Below are positions 1-11,124 of a stretch of DNA of 64,000 bases, piece by piece. Source of the stretch: an uncultured Planctomycetota bacterium (lineage in GTDB: Bacteria; Planctomycetota; Planctomycetia; Isosphaerales; Isosphaeraceae); NCBI GenBank assembly GCA_963845755.1, contig CAWJTV010000033.1, positions 352,001-416,000 on the forward strand. The letters are read 5' to 3'. A program made the translations under genes and the position numbers. How positions within the stretch are numbered: the first letter of the stretch is position 1; each line of letters opens with the position of its first letter. The notes beneath the pieces were generated by a model. That model saw only the letters and a list, made by a program, of their open reading frames with translations. It searched no databases and had not been told where the DNA came from.

Positions 1-1286
1 ACGACATCGACCGCGCCGACGGACTCGAGCCGCCATGCGTTCGACCAGTTGGATACGCTGGTCCGCGTGACCACGGTGCAAGCGTGGGTCTACCTCTCCA
101 CCCTGTTCGCCGTGGGCGCCGCGGCGATCGCCTTGGCGGTGTTGTACAAGGTGCCGACGAAAGTGAATGGCGAAGGCATCCTCCTGATCGATCAGGACCG
201 ACTGGCCCAGGTGCGAGCCCGGGCGACCGGCCGGCTGGTGTCCCTGGGCGTGAAGCTGGGCGATCCGGTCTGCCCCGATCAGGTGATCGGCCGGATCGCG
301 CAGGACGACCTGAAGGATGCGATCGAGGAGGCCAAGGCCCGGCTCGAAAATCTCCGGGGCCAGGACCGGGAACTCACCCAGTTCGAAGAGCTGGAGCGCG
401 AGCGAAAAGACGAGGCCATGGATCGGTTGAAGCAGGCGGTCGTCAACGCCAGGAGGATTCTCGGGAGAAGATGAAGATCGCCCAGCGGCTGGCCAAGAGT
501 GCCGACAAGTTGCGCTATGATCATCATCTCGGAGATCTCGACCTCCTGGAATCCCGCGAAAAGCTCTATGACGTCCGGGACCACCTGAACAAAGGGCAAT
601 CCCGGCTGGCAGAGCTCGCGCTGGACCGGGTCACCGCCGAGACCGCGCGCGGCCGCGCACGGCTGGAGCGTAAGCTGAAGATCCGGGACGTGGAGACCAA
701 GCTGAAGCTGGACCTGGAGAAGATGGAACGCACCTCGCGGCTGATCAGCCCGGTCCAGGGGGACGTCGCGCAGGTGCTCCACGTGGATGGCGACCTGGTC
801 CGCGAAGGTTCGCCGATCGTGCTGCTCCACGCCCCGAAGGCGGGGCAGGGTCCCGACGATTCGGGGTCGTCGTACGAGTCGATCGTCTTCGTGCCGGGCG
901 GCGAGGGGAAGAAGATCGAGGCGACCAATGAGGTTGAGATCGTGCCCGCGACGATCAAGCGCGAGGAATACGGCTTCATCCGAGGTCACGTCGTCGAGGT
1001 CTCCGAGTTGCCGGCCACCAAGCTGGCCATGGAGGCGGCGCTCGAGCATCCGGAGCTGGTCAACGCGTTCCTCAAGCGGTATGCGCCGGGAGTCTTGCTC
1101 CGGGTCCTTGTCCGGCTCGATAGGGGCGATCCCAAGCGGGAAAATCCCTTCCTCTGGTCCTCGTCGAATGGGCCCGATCAAATACTCAAGACCGGCACGA
1201 TGTGCCAGGCGGCGATCGTCGTCAAGCGCCGCAGGCTGATCAATCTCATCCTCCCCTGGACCAAGAAGCTCGTCGGGGCCGGCTGA
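1..1286 (+). CDS. NHLP bacteriocin/RiPP system secretion protein (HlyD-like membrane fusion protein), 5' end probably outside window, frameshift near 450
   Basis: ORFs 49..474 (LDTLVRVT, TM helix, V.GEGILL) and 84..1286 (coiled coil; EIVPATIKREEYGFIRGHV; WSSSNGP) join into a typical NHLP secretion protein; NHLP ABC transporter downstream. Confidence 0.85.
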   Translation, partial: DIDRADGLEPPCVRPVGYAGPRDHGASVGLPLHPVRRGRRGDRLGGVVQGADESEWRRHPPDRSGPTGPGASPGDRPAGVPGREAGRSGLPRSGDRPDRAGRPEGCDRGGQGPARKSPGPGPGTHPVRRAGARAKRRGHGSVEAGGRQRQEDSREKMKIAQRLAKSADKLRYDHHLGDLDLLESREKLYDVRDHLNKGQSRLAELALDRVTAETARGRARLERKLKIRDVETKLKLDLEKMERTSRLISPVQGDVAQVLHVDGDLVREGSPIVLLHAPKAGQGPDDSGSSYESIVFVPGGEGKKIEATNEVEIVPATIKREEYGFIRGHVVEVSELPATKLAMEAALEHPELVNAFLKRYAPGVLLRVLVRLDRGDPKRENPFLWSSSNGPDQILKTGTMCQAAIVVKRRRLINLILPWTKKLVGAG

Positions 1287-1345
1287 GGCACGTGAGCCGG
1301 CAAGGAAGGAGTTAATCCAGTCTGGAGTCTTTCTCGGAGCGAGCC

Positions 1346-1639
1346 GTGCCAACGCCCCAGTTCCGAATCCGGACCCTGCTGATCAGCATCGCCTTCCTCG
1401 CGCTCGTGCTGACCGTGGCGATCCAGACCATCCGACTGCAGAGGACCGCGGCCAGGCTGCAGAGGACCGCGGCCAGTGAGCAAATGCTCAGGACCGCGGC
1501 AGAGCGGCTTCGGGCCGATGCCGAGCAGGCGCGCATCTTCGCCGAAATCGACGCTCGGCGAGCTGCTCGGCGAACTCAGGCTGCCCTCGATGAACTGTCG
1601 CCTCAACTCGATCCCTCCCGGGAAAAGCGTGAACCGTGA
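1346..1639 (+). CDS. small hypothetical membrane protein (planctomycete 'QFRIRTLL' N-terminus)
   Basis: N-terminal PQFRIRTLLISIAFLAL followed by a TM helix and a helical tail; short internal 21-bp tandem duplication (RLQRTAA x2). Confidence 0.6.
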   Translation: MPTPQFRIRTLLISIAFLALVLTVAIQTIRLQRTAARLQRTAASEQMLRTAAERLRADAEQARIFAEIDARRAARRTQAALDELSPQLDPSREKREP

Positions 1640-1727
1640 TTGATGGTTTGGTTTGTACGGACACCCTGCCTCGTCGGGTGGACCTTGGAACGGTGCGGCT
1701 CGAAACCATGTGGGAGGCGAGGATCCG

Positions 1728-2236
1728 ATGACCGTCAAGGATCTGGAAACCCTGTTCGACTATAGCTACTGGGCGAACCGAAGGCTCTTCGAGGCCATCT
1801 CGCAGTTGACACCCGAACAGTTCACGCAACCCGTGTCTGGCAGCCACGGCTCTATCCGGAACACGATGGTTCACATGCTGAGTGCGGAATGGGGCTGGCT
1901 CGGTCGCTGCGGTGGCCCGGAGCGGGGCGCGCCCTCGATCCTGTCGACTACCCAACGGTGGCAACTCTCGTAGACAAGTGGAAACACATCGAGCTGTCGG
2001 TGCGCGCGTTCTTGTCGACGCTGCGGGACGAGGATCTCGCTCGTAACGTCGAGTTCGTGATTGGCGGGAGCGAGAAGCGCTCGATGCCGGTGGGAGAACT
2101 GATGCAACATGCAGCCAATCACGGTGTTCATCATCGAGGGCAAGTATCGCTGCGGCTCCGGTTGCTCGGCTACCACCCGGCCGACTTCGACCTCCTTTTT
2201 TACTATGCCGAGAGGCACAGTCTGCGGGCGTCGTAG
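1728..2236 (+). CDS. DinB family protein (frameshift near 1935)
   Basis: LFDYSYWANRRL, GSIRNTMVHMLSAEWGW and HAANHGVHHRGQ motifs across ORFs 1653..1973 and 1889..2236. Confidence 0.85.
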
Positions 2237-2535
2237 GTCAGACGTTATCCACAGACCTCCCGCCTCGGGCTCTCGCGGACCAGAACCCGCCACTCATCTC
2301 CAGTATTCATCGTCCCAACGACTCGCATTCGCGTCACACGAGAACGATTCGCATCCGGAATTCTCAACTCCGAGGCTGGCATGACGTGCGACTCCACATT
2401 CGTACGACCAGGTCGCTAATCTTGATGCATACTTGAAGTTAGGTCTGCGGTCGGCGACCTTACGGACTTGGCGGGTGGAACTTGCATCGAGCGTGGGTCG
2501 TCCCTTCAGCTTGGCCAGGCACGAGGCGGTGACGC

Positions 2536-4790
2536 ATGGCGGGCTCAGACGAGAGGAGATACCGTCCGGTCAAGACGCCGACCGTCCTGCAGATGGAAGC
2601 GGCCGAGTGCGGCGCCGCCGCGCTGGGGATCATCCTCGAATATCATGGACGGTATGTCTCCCTGGACGTGTTGCGCGAGGAGTGCGGCGTCTCTCGGGAC
2701 GGCACGAACGCGTTCTACGTCAAGGAGGCGGCCAAGCGGCACGGGCTGGAGGTCAAGGCGTTCCGCAAGCCGGCCGAAGGGCTGACCACGCGTCGGACGC
2801 CGTTCATCGTCTTCTGGGAGTCGAATCATTTCCTCGTCGTTGAGGGATTCGGCCGGCGGAAGGTCTACTTGAACGACCCGGCGGTCGGCCGCAGGACGGT
2901 CAGCCTGGAGGAGTTCCGGCAGAGTTACACCGGGATCGCGTTCACGTTCGAGCCGGGGCCGCGGTTCGTCAAGAAGGGAGGCCGGCCCAGCGCCCTGCTC
3001 GGCCGTGGTCCGGCGGCTCTCCCGGTTCCGCGCCGCGATGGCCTTCGTGATCCTCGCCGGGCTCGCCCTGGTGATCCCCAACCTCGGCGCGGCCGCGTTC
3101 CAGCAGTTCTTCCTCGATAGCATCCTCATCGAGGGACACCGCGACTGGCTCCGGCCGCTGCTCCTGGCCATCGCGGCGATGGCCGTGATGCGGCTGGCGG
3201 CGTCGGGGCTCCAGCAGGTCTACTTGATGCGGCTGGAGATCCGGCTGATGCTGGCCGAGTCGCTGGGTTTCATGCGACACGCGCTCCGGCTCCCGGTGGC
3301 CTTCTTCCAGCGCCGATTCACCGGCGACATCGTCAGTCGCGCCCATCAGACGGCGCGCGTGGCGGAGCTGATCTCCGGCGAGCTGGCAACCACGGCCGTC
3401 AGCCTGTTGACCCTGGTGGTGTACGTCGCCGTGATGCTCCCCTACGACCCGCCGCTCACGGCCGTCGGCGTCGCGATCAGCAGCCTGAACCTGGTGGCAC
3501 TCCGACTGGTCAGCCGGTGGCGGGTCGACCGGAACCGGACGATCGAGCAGCTCCGGGGCCGGCTGATGGCGGGCGTGATGTGGGCCATCCAGATCATCGA
3601 GAGCATCAAGGCGACCGGCTCGGAGTCGGACCTGCTCGTCCGGTGGACCGGCGATCAGGCCCGGATGATCAACGCGGAGCAGGAGCTGGGCGCTTGCGAC
3701 GCGATCCTGGTCGCATTGCCACCGCTCCTGGCCGGCGTGACGACCATCCTGGTCCTCGGCTTCGGCGGCTACCAGGTCATGACCGGGACCTTGACCATCG
3801 GCGCCTGGTGGCGTTCCAATCGTTGCTCACGGGCTTCAACCAGCCGTTCGGCGACATGGCTCGATTGAGCACCGACGTCCAGGAGTTGCACGCCGATCTC
3901 GATCGAATCGATGATGTCCGCAACCGGCCGATGGACCCGATCTTCCGCCCCACGACGATCGGGCCGGCCGGCGGGGCCGGCGAGTTGCGCCGGCTCAGCG
4001 GGCACATCGAGTTTCGCCGGGTCTCGTTCGGTTACAACCGAGCGGACGATCAGCCCCTGATCAAGGAGTTCTCGCTCGTCGCTCGACCGGGCCAGCGCAT
4101 CGCCCTGGTCGGGAGCTCGGGGAGCGGGAAATCCACCGTCGGCCGGCTGCTGGCAGGACTCTTCCAGCCGTGGAGCGGCGAGATCCTCTTTGACGGTAGG
4201 CCCATGGCGGAGATCCCCCGTGAGGTCTTCGTCAGCTCGGTGGCCCTGGTCGACGCGGAGGTCTGCCTGTTCGAGGGGACGGTCCGGGAGAATCTTGAGC
4301 CTCTGGGACGAGCTGATCCCGACGGACCGCCTGGTCCAGGCGTCGGTGGATGCGGCGATCCACCGCGACCTCCTGTTGCGGCGAGGGGGCTACAGCGCGG
4401 TCGTGGCCGAGCAGGCGCGGAACTTCTCCGGCGGCCAGCGCCAGCGGCTCCAGATCGCGCGCGCCCTGGCGCGCGATCCCAGCCTGGTGATCCTCGACGA
4501 GGCCTCCAGCGCGCTGGACCCGAAGACCGAGCGGGTCGTCAACGACAACCTGCGGCGCCGGGGCTGCACTTGCTTGATCATCGCCCACCGGCTGACCACG
4601 ATCCGCGACTGCGACGAGATCATCGTCCTGAGCGGCGGCCACGTCGTCCAGCGCGGGACCCACGACGAGCTGATCGCCGACCTCCAGGGCGAGTATGCCC
4701 GGCTGGTCTCGCACCAGGTCCTGCCGGGCCGGCGGTCGGCCGGCCGGGCCCAGTCGCGGAACCGCACGGAAGTCGCCGACCCAGGCGTTG
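2536..4790 (+). CDS. NHLP family bacteriocin export ABC transporter, C39 peptidase/permease/ATPase part (several frameshifts)
   Basis: [19 protein letters not shown] (C39 Cys), HFLVV, NDPA; TM domain; Walker [10 protein letters not shown]; signature [18 protein letters not shown]. Confidence 0.9.
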
Positions 4791-7700
4791 ACGGCGCTTC
4801 GGGGTCAGGCCGAACGGGTCGCCGACGACCGAGTCGGCGCCCGACCTGCCAACGGCGTTCTCCCCATTCGAGGCAGAACGTGATCCACCCCGATTTCTCG
4901 TCGAGGAACTCCTGCCCTACAGCCGGCGGGAGCGGACCGCCGCCAACCGCCCGCTGCCGCTCGATGATGCCGAGGCGGTCTGGCTCGTGGACGCCGGCGG
5001 GGTCGACGTGTTTTTCATGCAGCTCGAGCCGGGCGCGATCGAGGGCCGGCGTCGGCACCTCTGCCGCGTCGAGGAGGGGGGCTCGATCTTCGCGATCAGC
5101 GGGGTGCGGGGACGATCGGGAGGGGGCCTGCTGGCCGTGGGGGCCGGACCGGCGGAGCTGCTGAAGTTCTCGCGCGGAGATCTGATCCGGTTGAGCTTCG
5201 AGGAGGGACTCTCCGAGCAGGTCGCCGTGCTGATCGACGACTGGCTGCTCCGCGTCGGCCTGGCGCTCCACCGGGCCGTCGCGCCCCGGCTCAGCAAGGA
5301 GCTTCCTCGGAAGGTGACCGCCGCGTTCGAGCCGGGTACGCGGTACGGCGTGCGCGCGGGGGTCGCCTGGGTGCGCCACCGCTGCGGCTCCTCGTCGTTG
5401 CTCGACCAGGTGCCGCTCCCGACCACCGAGCTCCAGGCGCGGTTCCCGGTGACCGAGCACCTCTGGCTCATGGCAGAGACGGCCTGCCAGGTCACCGTCT
5501 GTGGCACGACCGACATGATCCAGTCGGGTGACCCGTGGGCGGGACTCGACGACTTCCACCGGACGGCCCTGGACTTCCTGACCGAGATCCACGAGCAGGA
5601 GGAACGCGGCCGATGGATGGAGATCCGACGGTCGCTGGCCCATGAGGCGGCCCTCATCGATTCGGTCTCCACGCAGTTGGCCGCGGCGGCCGGCGCGGCC
5701 GAGGTGGCAACGGCCATCCCGGGCGACGGCGAGGCGTTGTCGTCCTCATGCCGCGCCGTATGCCTTGCCATGGGGATCGCAGGTGCGCGATGCCGCCGCC
5801 GGCCGGGGATCCGGGCCCCGAAGCCCCCTGCGATCCCCTGGGCGACCTGGCCCGTTCCTCCGGCTTTCACGTGCGGCCGGTCACGCCTGCCGGAGGACTG
5901 GTGGCGTCGCGCAGGAGAGCCATTGCTCGGCCAGCTCAACGACGACGGCCGGCCTCCCGTGGCCTTGCTGCCGGCGAATCGGTCCACAGCCCCGCGTGGT
6001 GTGACTTATGAACTGCTCGATCACGAAGGCCGCAGACATCCCGTCGAGGATCGACTTGCCGGCCGGGTCGCGCCCACGGCCTGGGCGTTCTATCGTCCGC
6101 TCCCGGACGCACCTCTCGGGTTCCGCGACCTCCTCCGGTTCTGCCGCGGCCTCAGGGGGCTGGCGCGCGAGCTGAGGACCATCGCGATCGTGGCGTTCTT
6201 CGGCGCCCTGCTCGGGCTGGCGATCCCGATCGCTTCGGGCATCGTCGTCGACCGGGTCATCCCCGAGGCCGACCAGTCTCGGCTCGCCATGACTGTGCGG
6301 CTTCCTCGGCGTACTCGCGATCTCGGCGGCGGTCTTCCAGGCGATCCAGGGGTTCCTGGTCATGCGGATCGAGGGGCGGGTCTCGGCCACGCTGATCCCG
6401 GCGATCTGGGAGCGACTCCTCCGCCTGCCCAGCCGATTCTTCGCCGGCGTACTCCTCGGGCGACCTGGCCCTGCGAGCGATGGGTCTCGAGCGAGGTCTT
6501 TCAGCGGGCCTCGGGAGCGGTGGTCACCAGCATCGTGACCGGTCTCTTCTCGCTGTTCAACCTGGGCCTGCTCTTCGCCTACAGTTGGAAGCTGGCCCTC
6601 GCCACCAGCCTGCTCGTGGCGATCATGCTCCTGGTCACCGTGTTGCTGCTGGCCGGCCGCCTTCGCCACGAGGTGTCGATCCGCCGGCTCGACGGGGCCC
6701 TCTCCGGCCTGCTCCTGGAATTCTTCGGTGGGATCATCGCGCTGCGCAGCTGCCGGTGCCGAGGGCCGCGCCCTGGCGCGCTGGGCCCGCCGCTACGGCG
6801 ATCGGCTCGCGGCGGCGATCCATTCTCGGAGGTTCACCAATGTCATTCGACAGTGGCTGGCGGTCTATCCGATCCTGACGGCGATCGTGGTCTACACCGG
6901 CGCCGTGCACGTCGACCCCGATCTGATGAAGGCGGGGAGTTTCCTGGCGTTCAACATGGCCTTCGCAAACCTGGTCGCGGCCGTGCTGGCGGGCTGCTAC
7001 ACCGCGATCGGCCTGCTCGACCTGCTGCCGATGTGCACGCGGATCCGGCCGATCCTGGAGGAGAGCCCCGAGTTCCCGGCGGCGGTGATCGAACCGGTGC
7101 GGCTCGCCGGAGCCCTGGCCCTGAATCGGGTCTCGTTCCGATATCCGGGGCAGGACCAGGAGACGAAGGTCGTCGAAGCGGTGGACATCCAGGTCGCGGC
7201 CGGGCGAGTTCGTGGCGATCGTCGGCCCCTCGGGTTCGGGGAAATCGACGCTTGATGCGGCTCCTGCTCGGATTCGAGGTCCCCGACTCGGGCACGGTCA
7301 CCTATCGACGGCCGCGAGCTGGCCACGCTCGACCTGCGGGAAGTCCGGCGTCAGATCGGCGTGGTGCTCCAGCATGCCCAGCTCATGCCGAGCGACATCT
7401 ACAGCAACATCGTCGGGTTCGCCCCGTCCCTGGGCCTCGACGACGCCTGGCACGCCGCCCGGCTGGCGGGCCTCGAGGACGACATCCGCGCGATGCCCAT
7501 GGGCATGCACACCCTGGTCGGCGAGGGCGGCGGCAACCTCTCCAGCGGCCAGCGCCAGCGGCTCTTGATCGCCCGGGCGATCGTGCGCCGGCCCCGGATC
7601 CTCCTGCTCGACGAGGCGACCAGCGCGCTCGACAACGTTACCCAGAGCATCGTCAGCGACAGCCTCACCCATCAACTCAAGGGCATCACCCGGGTCGTGA

Positions 7701-7843
7701 TCGCCCATCGCCTCGACGGGATCGTCAAGGCCGATCGCATCTACGTCCTCAGGGATGGACGGATCGTCCAGTCGGGTAGCTATGATCAGCTCCTGGCCGA
7801 GCCCGGCCCGTTCCGCGACCTGGCCCGCCGCCAGATGCTCTGA
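4791..7843 (+). CDS. second NHLP ABC transporter permease/ATPase part with N-terminal cNMP-binding-like region; possibly fused to the upstream part (frameshifted)
   Basis: [22 protein letters not shown]-domain; [11 protein letters not shown] helices; [28 protein letters not shown]; stop at 7841-7843. Confidence 0.85.
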
Positions 7844-7855
7844 GCGATCGTGCGA

Positions 7856-8737
7856 TCACGTCGTGTGATGGCGCCGGGGCACGACCTTGATCGCGAACAG
7901 CCGGCTGACGCGACTCAGATTTCCGGCGTCGTCATAGGCGCGGATCCGGAATTGATAAACGCCCGGACTCAGCGCGGGATTGATGGTGACCTTGTATCGG
8001 CCGTTCCTGCGCACGTTCGTCAATCCCACGACCTCGCCGCCGGGCGTGATCACCTGGATGTAGGTGTGGAAGTGATACGTGCCGACCAGAGTCGGATGCT
8101 TGAGCGGCGTCCTGATGTGATTGGTATTCGCCTGGACTCCCTGATTGACCGCGATCTTCGGCAGGATGGGAGGAGGCATCGGCCTGCCGATGGAGAGGGC
8201 AGTCTGGAGCACCAGGGCATAATCGTTGCTCGCCAGGAAGACCGGCTGGGGGCTGTTGGTGTCGATCTGAGTGACCAACTGGTTCATGGTCGTTTTCAGG
8301 CTATCGATGACGGAGGGAGACGCCGAGGCCGCATGCAGGACGGCGCCGAAGCTGTAGTTCAGGACCGCCGCGCCCGCGGGCGTGAGCGATTGATGCGGGA
8401 CGATCTGCCGCAGCTCGTAGTTGTAATTATCGAGAGCTTTCGGATCCGGCCTATGAAGTTGAGAGATCACCTCCAGGAGATCGCCCTGGATCTCCCGGAG
8501 CTCCTCCTTGGGAAGGAATCGGCCCGGCAGGATTTTTTCGAGATAGAACGGGAGATGCTCGACCCGGAGTTCCTTCTGCTCGAAGGTCACGGGGATATTG
8601 AGGTTGGAGGTGACCTGAAACCCGAACAGATTGCCGAGATTGGGCGTGGAGGCCAGCAGGGCGCGAGTTTCCAATCCCTCGGAGTCAGGGACATACCGAC
8701 GGCGGTCCATCGCGCGGATCTCCTTGAGAAGGGACAC
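7856..8737 (-). CDS. hypothetical protein with planctomycete LExRxLL leader motif and C-terminal Ig-like domain
   Basis: RRRYVPDSEGLETRALLA motif; C-terminal LSPGVYQFRIRAYDDAGNLS beta-sandwich pattern. Confidence 0.7.
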   Translation of the reverse strand: MSLLKEIRAMDRRRYVPDSEGLETRALLASTPNLGNLFGFQVTSNLNIPVTFEQKELRVEHLPFYLEKILPGRFLPKEELREIQGDLLEVISQLHRPDPKALDNYNYELRQIVPHQSLTPAGAAVLNYSFGAVLHAASASPSVIDSLKTTMNQLVTQIDTNSPQPVFLASNDYALVLQTALSIGRPMPPPILPKIAVNQGVQANTNHIRTPLKHPTLVGTYHFHTYIQVITPGGEVVGLTNVRRNGRYKVTINPALSPGVYQFRIRAYDDAGNLSRVSRLFAIKVVPRRHHTT

Positions 8738-8967
8738 CCCGGCCAGGCGGATCGGGTTCGGATGAGGGACGGGCGGTACCGCGAAGGGTTCGGCCCCGGG
8801 ACGTCGCGGAAGCGGTCTCGGGCTGTGCCCGATCCGACTGCCGATATCCCTTGCACCGACCCGGGGTTGCGATCCGGGCTCCGGCCCGCGATCGCCAACG
8901 GAGACATGTCGAATGGCGCTCCCGTCCCTGGGAGCGGTGTGTTCTTACCACAATCCGAAGGGCCTGC

Positions 8968-9659
8968 CTAGAGCGGCTCACGTTTGGGTTGCGCGGGTCC
9001 GGAGTCCTCGTGGAGCAGGCTGGCTCCGGTGCTCGCGGAGCACCCTACGGAGAGCGCACGAGCCTTACCCGGCCGAGGGGGGATCGGGGCGCGAAGGCGG
9101 TTGCGCCGCGCCTCCAGGACCAGCCGGAGATAAGACCGAGGCTCGACTTCCGTCAGGTCGAACCGATCGGCGACGCCCAGCACGGCGGCTTGCGCCGCCG
9201 GGAACTCCGATTCCGAACCCGCGATGACCTCGATCTCGGCAAAGTCGCCCAGCCCGTCCACGCGGTCGAGCAAGACCTCGATCGAGTAGGGCGGATCGGA
9301 CAGGTGGAACGTCGACCGTGTCTTGTGGACGGCGGCGACAGGCCGGAATCCTAGCTTCTCGAAAAGCTCGGTGAGCTGCAGGAACGCCTCCTCGCCCTCG
9401 GCGATCGGGATTTCGATCTCCTCCCGGGTCTTGGTCGGGCCGCCGTAGCGAGGGCCTTTGTACGTGATCCGGTTCTCCGCGCCGATCCGACGCAGCCGCA
9501 GGGCCTCGCCCGTCTGGGCAAAGTCGCGGGACGGGTGGGTCAGGTAGGTGTCAACCTGGACGACCCGCGGCTCCTCGACGGCGCCGCACTCCTCGAGCCG
9601 CCGCCGGAGCAGCATCGTGCTCGCGCCGAGCGGAATTTGACCTCGACTTCGTAACTCAT
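8968..9659 (-). CDS. cyaB: class IV adenylate cyclase (CYTH family), frameshift near 9620
   Basis: MSYEVEVKFR start at 9659; Q.DTYL.HP.RDF, EALRLRR, ITYKGP, KTREEIE, DRVDGLGDFAEIE. Confidence 0.85.
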
Positions 9660-9690
9660 GAATCCAGCGTAGACTTCTGGCCAGATGGGG

Positions 9691-10356
9691 TCAACCGACG
9701 TGTCGGCACGGTTTTTCCGCCCGAGCGCGGGCGCAAGCCGCCATGATCACCAGACCGATCGATCCCAGGACGAAGCCCGACGGTTCGGGCACGTAACCCA
9801 GGGGTAGGAAGTCGTAGGTCACCGTCAAGTCCGCCCCGGCATCTGAGGGACCGAAGGCCTCGAACGAATCCGGGAGTCCGCCAATATAACCGGCGAAAAA
9901 CGCGGTACTGGAACCGCCGCCGGGCGAAGCCTCGAAGTCAACGAGTCCGGAATTGTAGGTTAGGGAGGAACCGGCGGAGGCCTGTAAGAAGTAAATATCG
10001 CCGGGAGCGACCGAATACGTCCCGGTTGCCGAACCGCTTCCGAGGTCACCGATCCCGTCGGCGGAAATCCCCAGCCACGCGCTCCATGTGCCGACCTGCT
10101 GGCTCTGGGAATCATTCAGGAACTCTTGACCGCCGCCGATGTCCGCAGAGATATCGACCCGAGTCAGGGTGCCGAGGCCCTGGGGGAAGAGCGGAAGCAA
10201 TCCATAATCATGCGAACCGGTGCTAGCCGTATACGTGACCGAACCGGCTTCCGCCCGAGTCGTCCATGCCATAGCGGGCGCCGAAAGGGCCACGAGCACG
10301 CCAACACGCCGGGCCAGGCTCCATGCGATCGAGGGGAATCTGCTGTGGGACGACAA
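9691..10356 (-). CDS. PEP-CTERM sorting domain protein
   Basis: signal peptide ending RAEA; low-complexity G/S-rich body; C-terminal VPEPSGFVLGSIGL + TM + basic tail. Confidence 0.85.
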   Translation of the reverse strand: MSSHSRFPSIAWSLARRVGVLVALSAPAMAWTTRAEAGSVTYTASTGSHDYGLLPLFPQGLGTLTRVDISADIGGGQEFLNDSQSQQVGTWSAWLGISADGIGDLGSGSATGTYSVAPGDIYFLQASAGSSLTYNSGLVDFEASPGGGSSTAFFAGYIGGLPDSFEAFGPSDAGADLTVTYDFLPLGYVPEPSGFVLGSIGLVIMAACARARAEKPCRHVG

Positions 10357-10859
10357 GATCAGTTCCTTTCAGGCTGATGCGAGATCGGGAAGGTCTCGTA
10401 GATGCGGCCATCGAGATTGAATCACTTGCTGCACCCTGGCCTCAGGGCACTACGGTCGTCCGTCCATCGATTCAACCATATACAACACATCTCGATTCCA
10501 ATGTCAACGAGTCCGCATAGTACGTTGTCAATTAGCATCATTATCTTCATTACTAGGCAGAATCATGATGCGATCGGAAACTTTTCGCCGATTCGTTCAC
10601 GACGATGGCGTCTCAATTACGCTGTCGATCGTCTACGTATGCTAAGGCGATCAGGATCATCTGGAGACCGCGTTGTTCTATCGTGATTTCTCATCGGTTT
10701 GGAGTCTCTGCGGTGAGAAATGGCAGGTACTCAACGGCCGGCGGTTCTCTCGTTGACGGCGAGACGGCGCGGCCCAATCGCGAAAAGCCGAAGCACTTCT
10801 AGACGGTGCAGTTCGCGCCGTTGAATAAGTTAATATATTAATAATTAATATAAATACTT

Positions 10860-10896
10860 GAATCTCGAATCCGGAATCTCGAATCCGGAATCCCCG
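10860..10896. repeat. intergenic heptamer tandem repeat (GAATCYS)n
   Basis: gaatctc gaatccg gaatctc gaatccg gaatccc; related tract near 52208-52236. Confidence 0.6.
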
Positions 10897-11124
10897 ACTC
10901 TTCCACAAACTCCGAGAGCCTGGATCGGCTCCCAGGTCAGTCATGCACCGGGCTCGGGAGGCCCGCGCCGAGAGTGCCCGTGGGGAACACGGCTAGGCGA
11001 TATTCCAATAAGGAATGAAATTGCCGAACAATAACTATTTGGAATGCGTACGAGAGAGAAGTGACCTGGAAGACCTTAGATCGGCGTCGAACATCCATGA
11101 TACTGGGAAAAGGAGATCCTGACG

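Noticed and set aside
10820..10860. AT-only quasi-palindrome upstream of the pfk-like operon
   Set aside because: It could be a promoter or operator, but no factor can be assigned from sequence alone.
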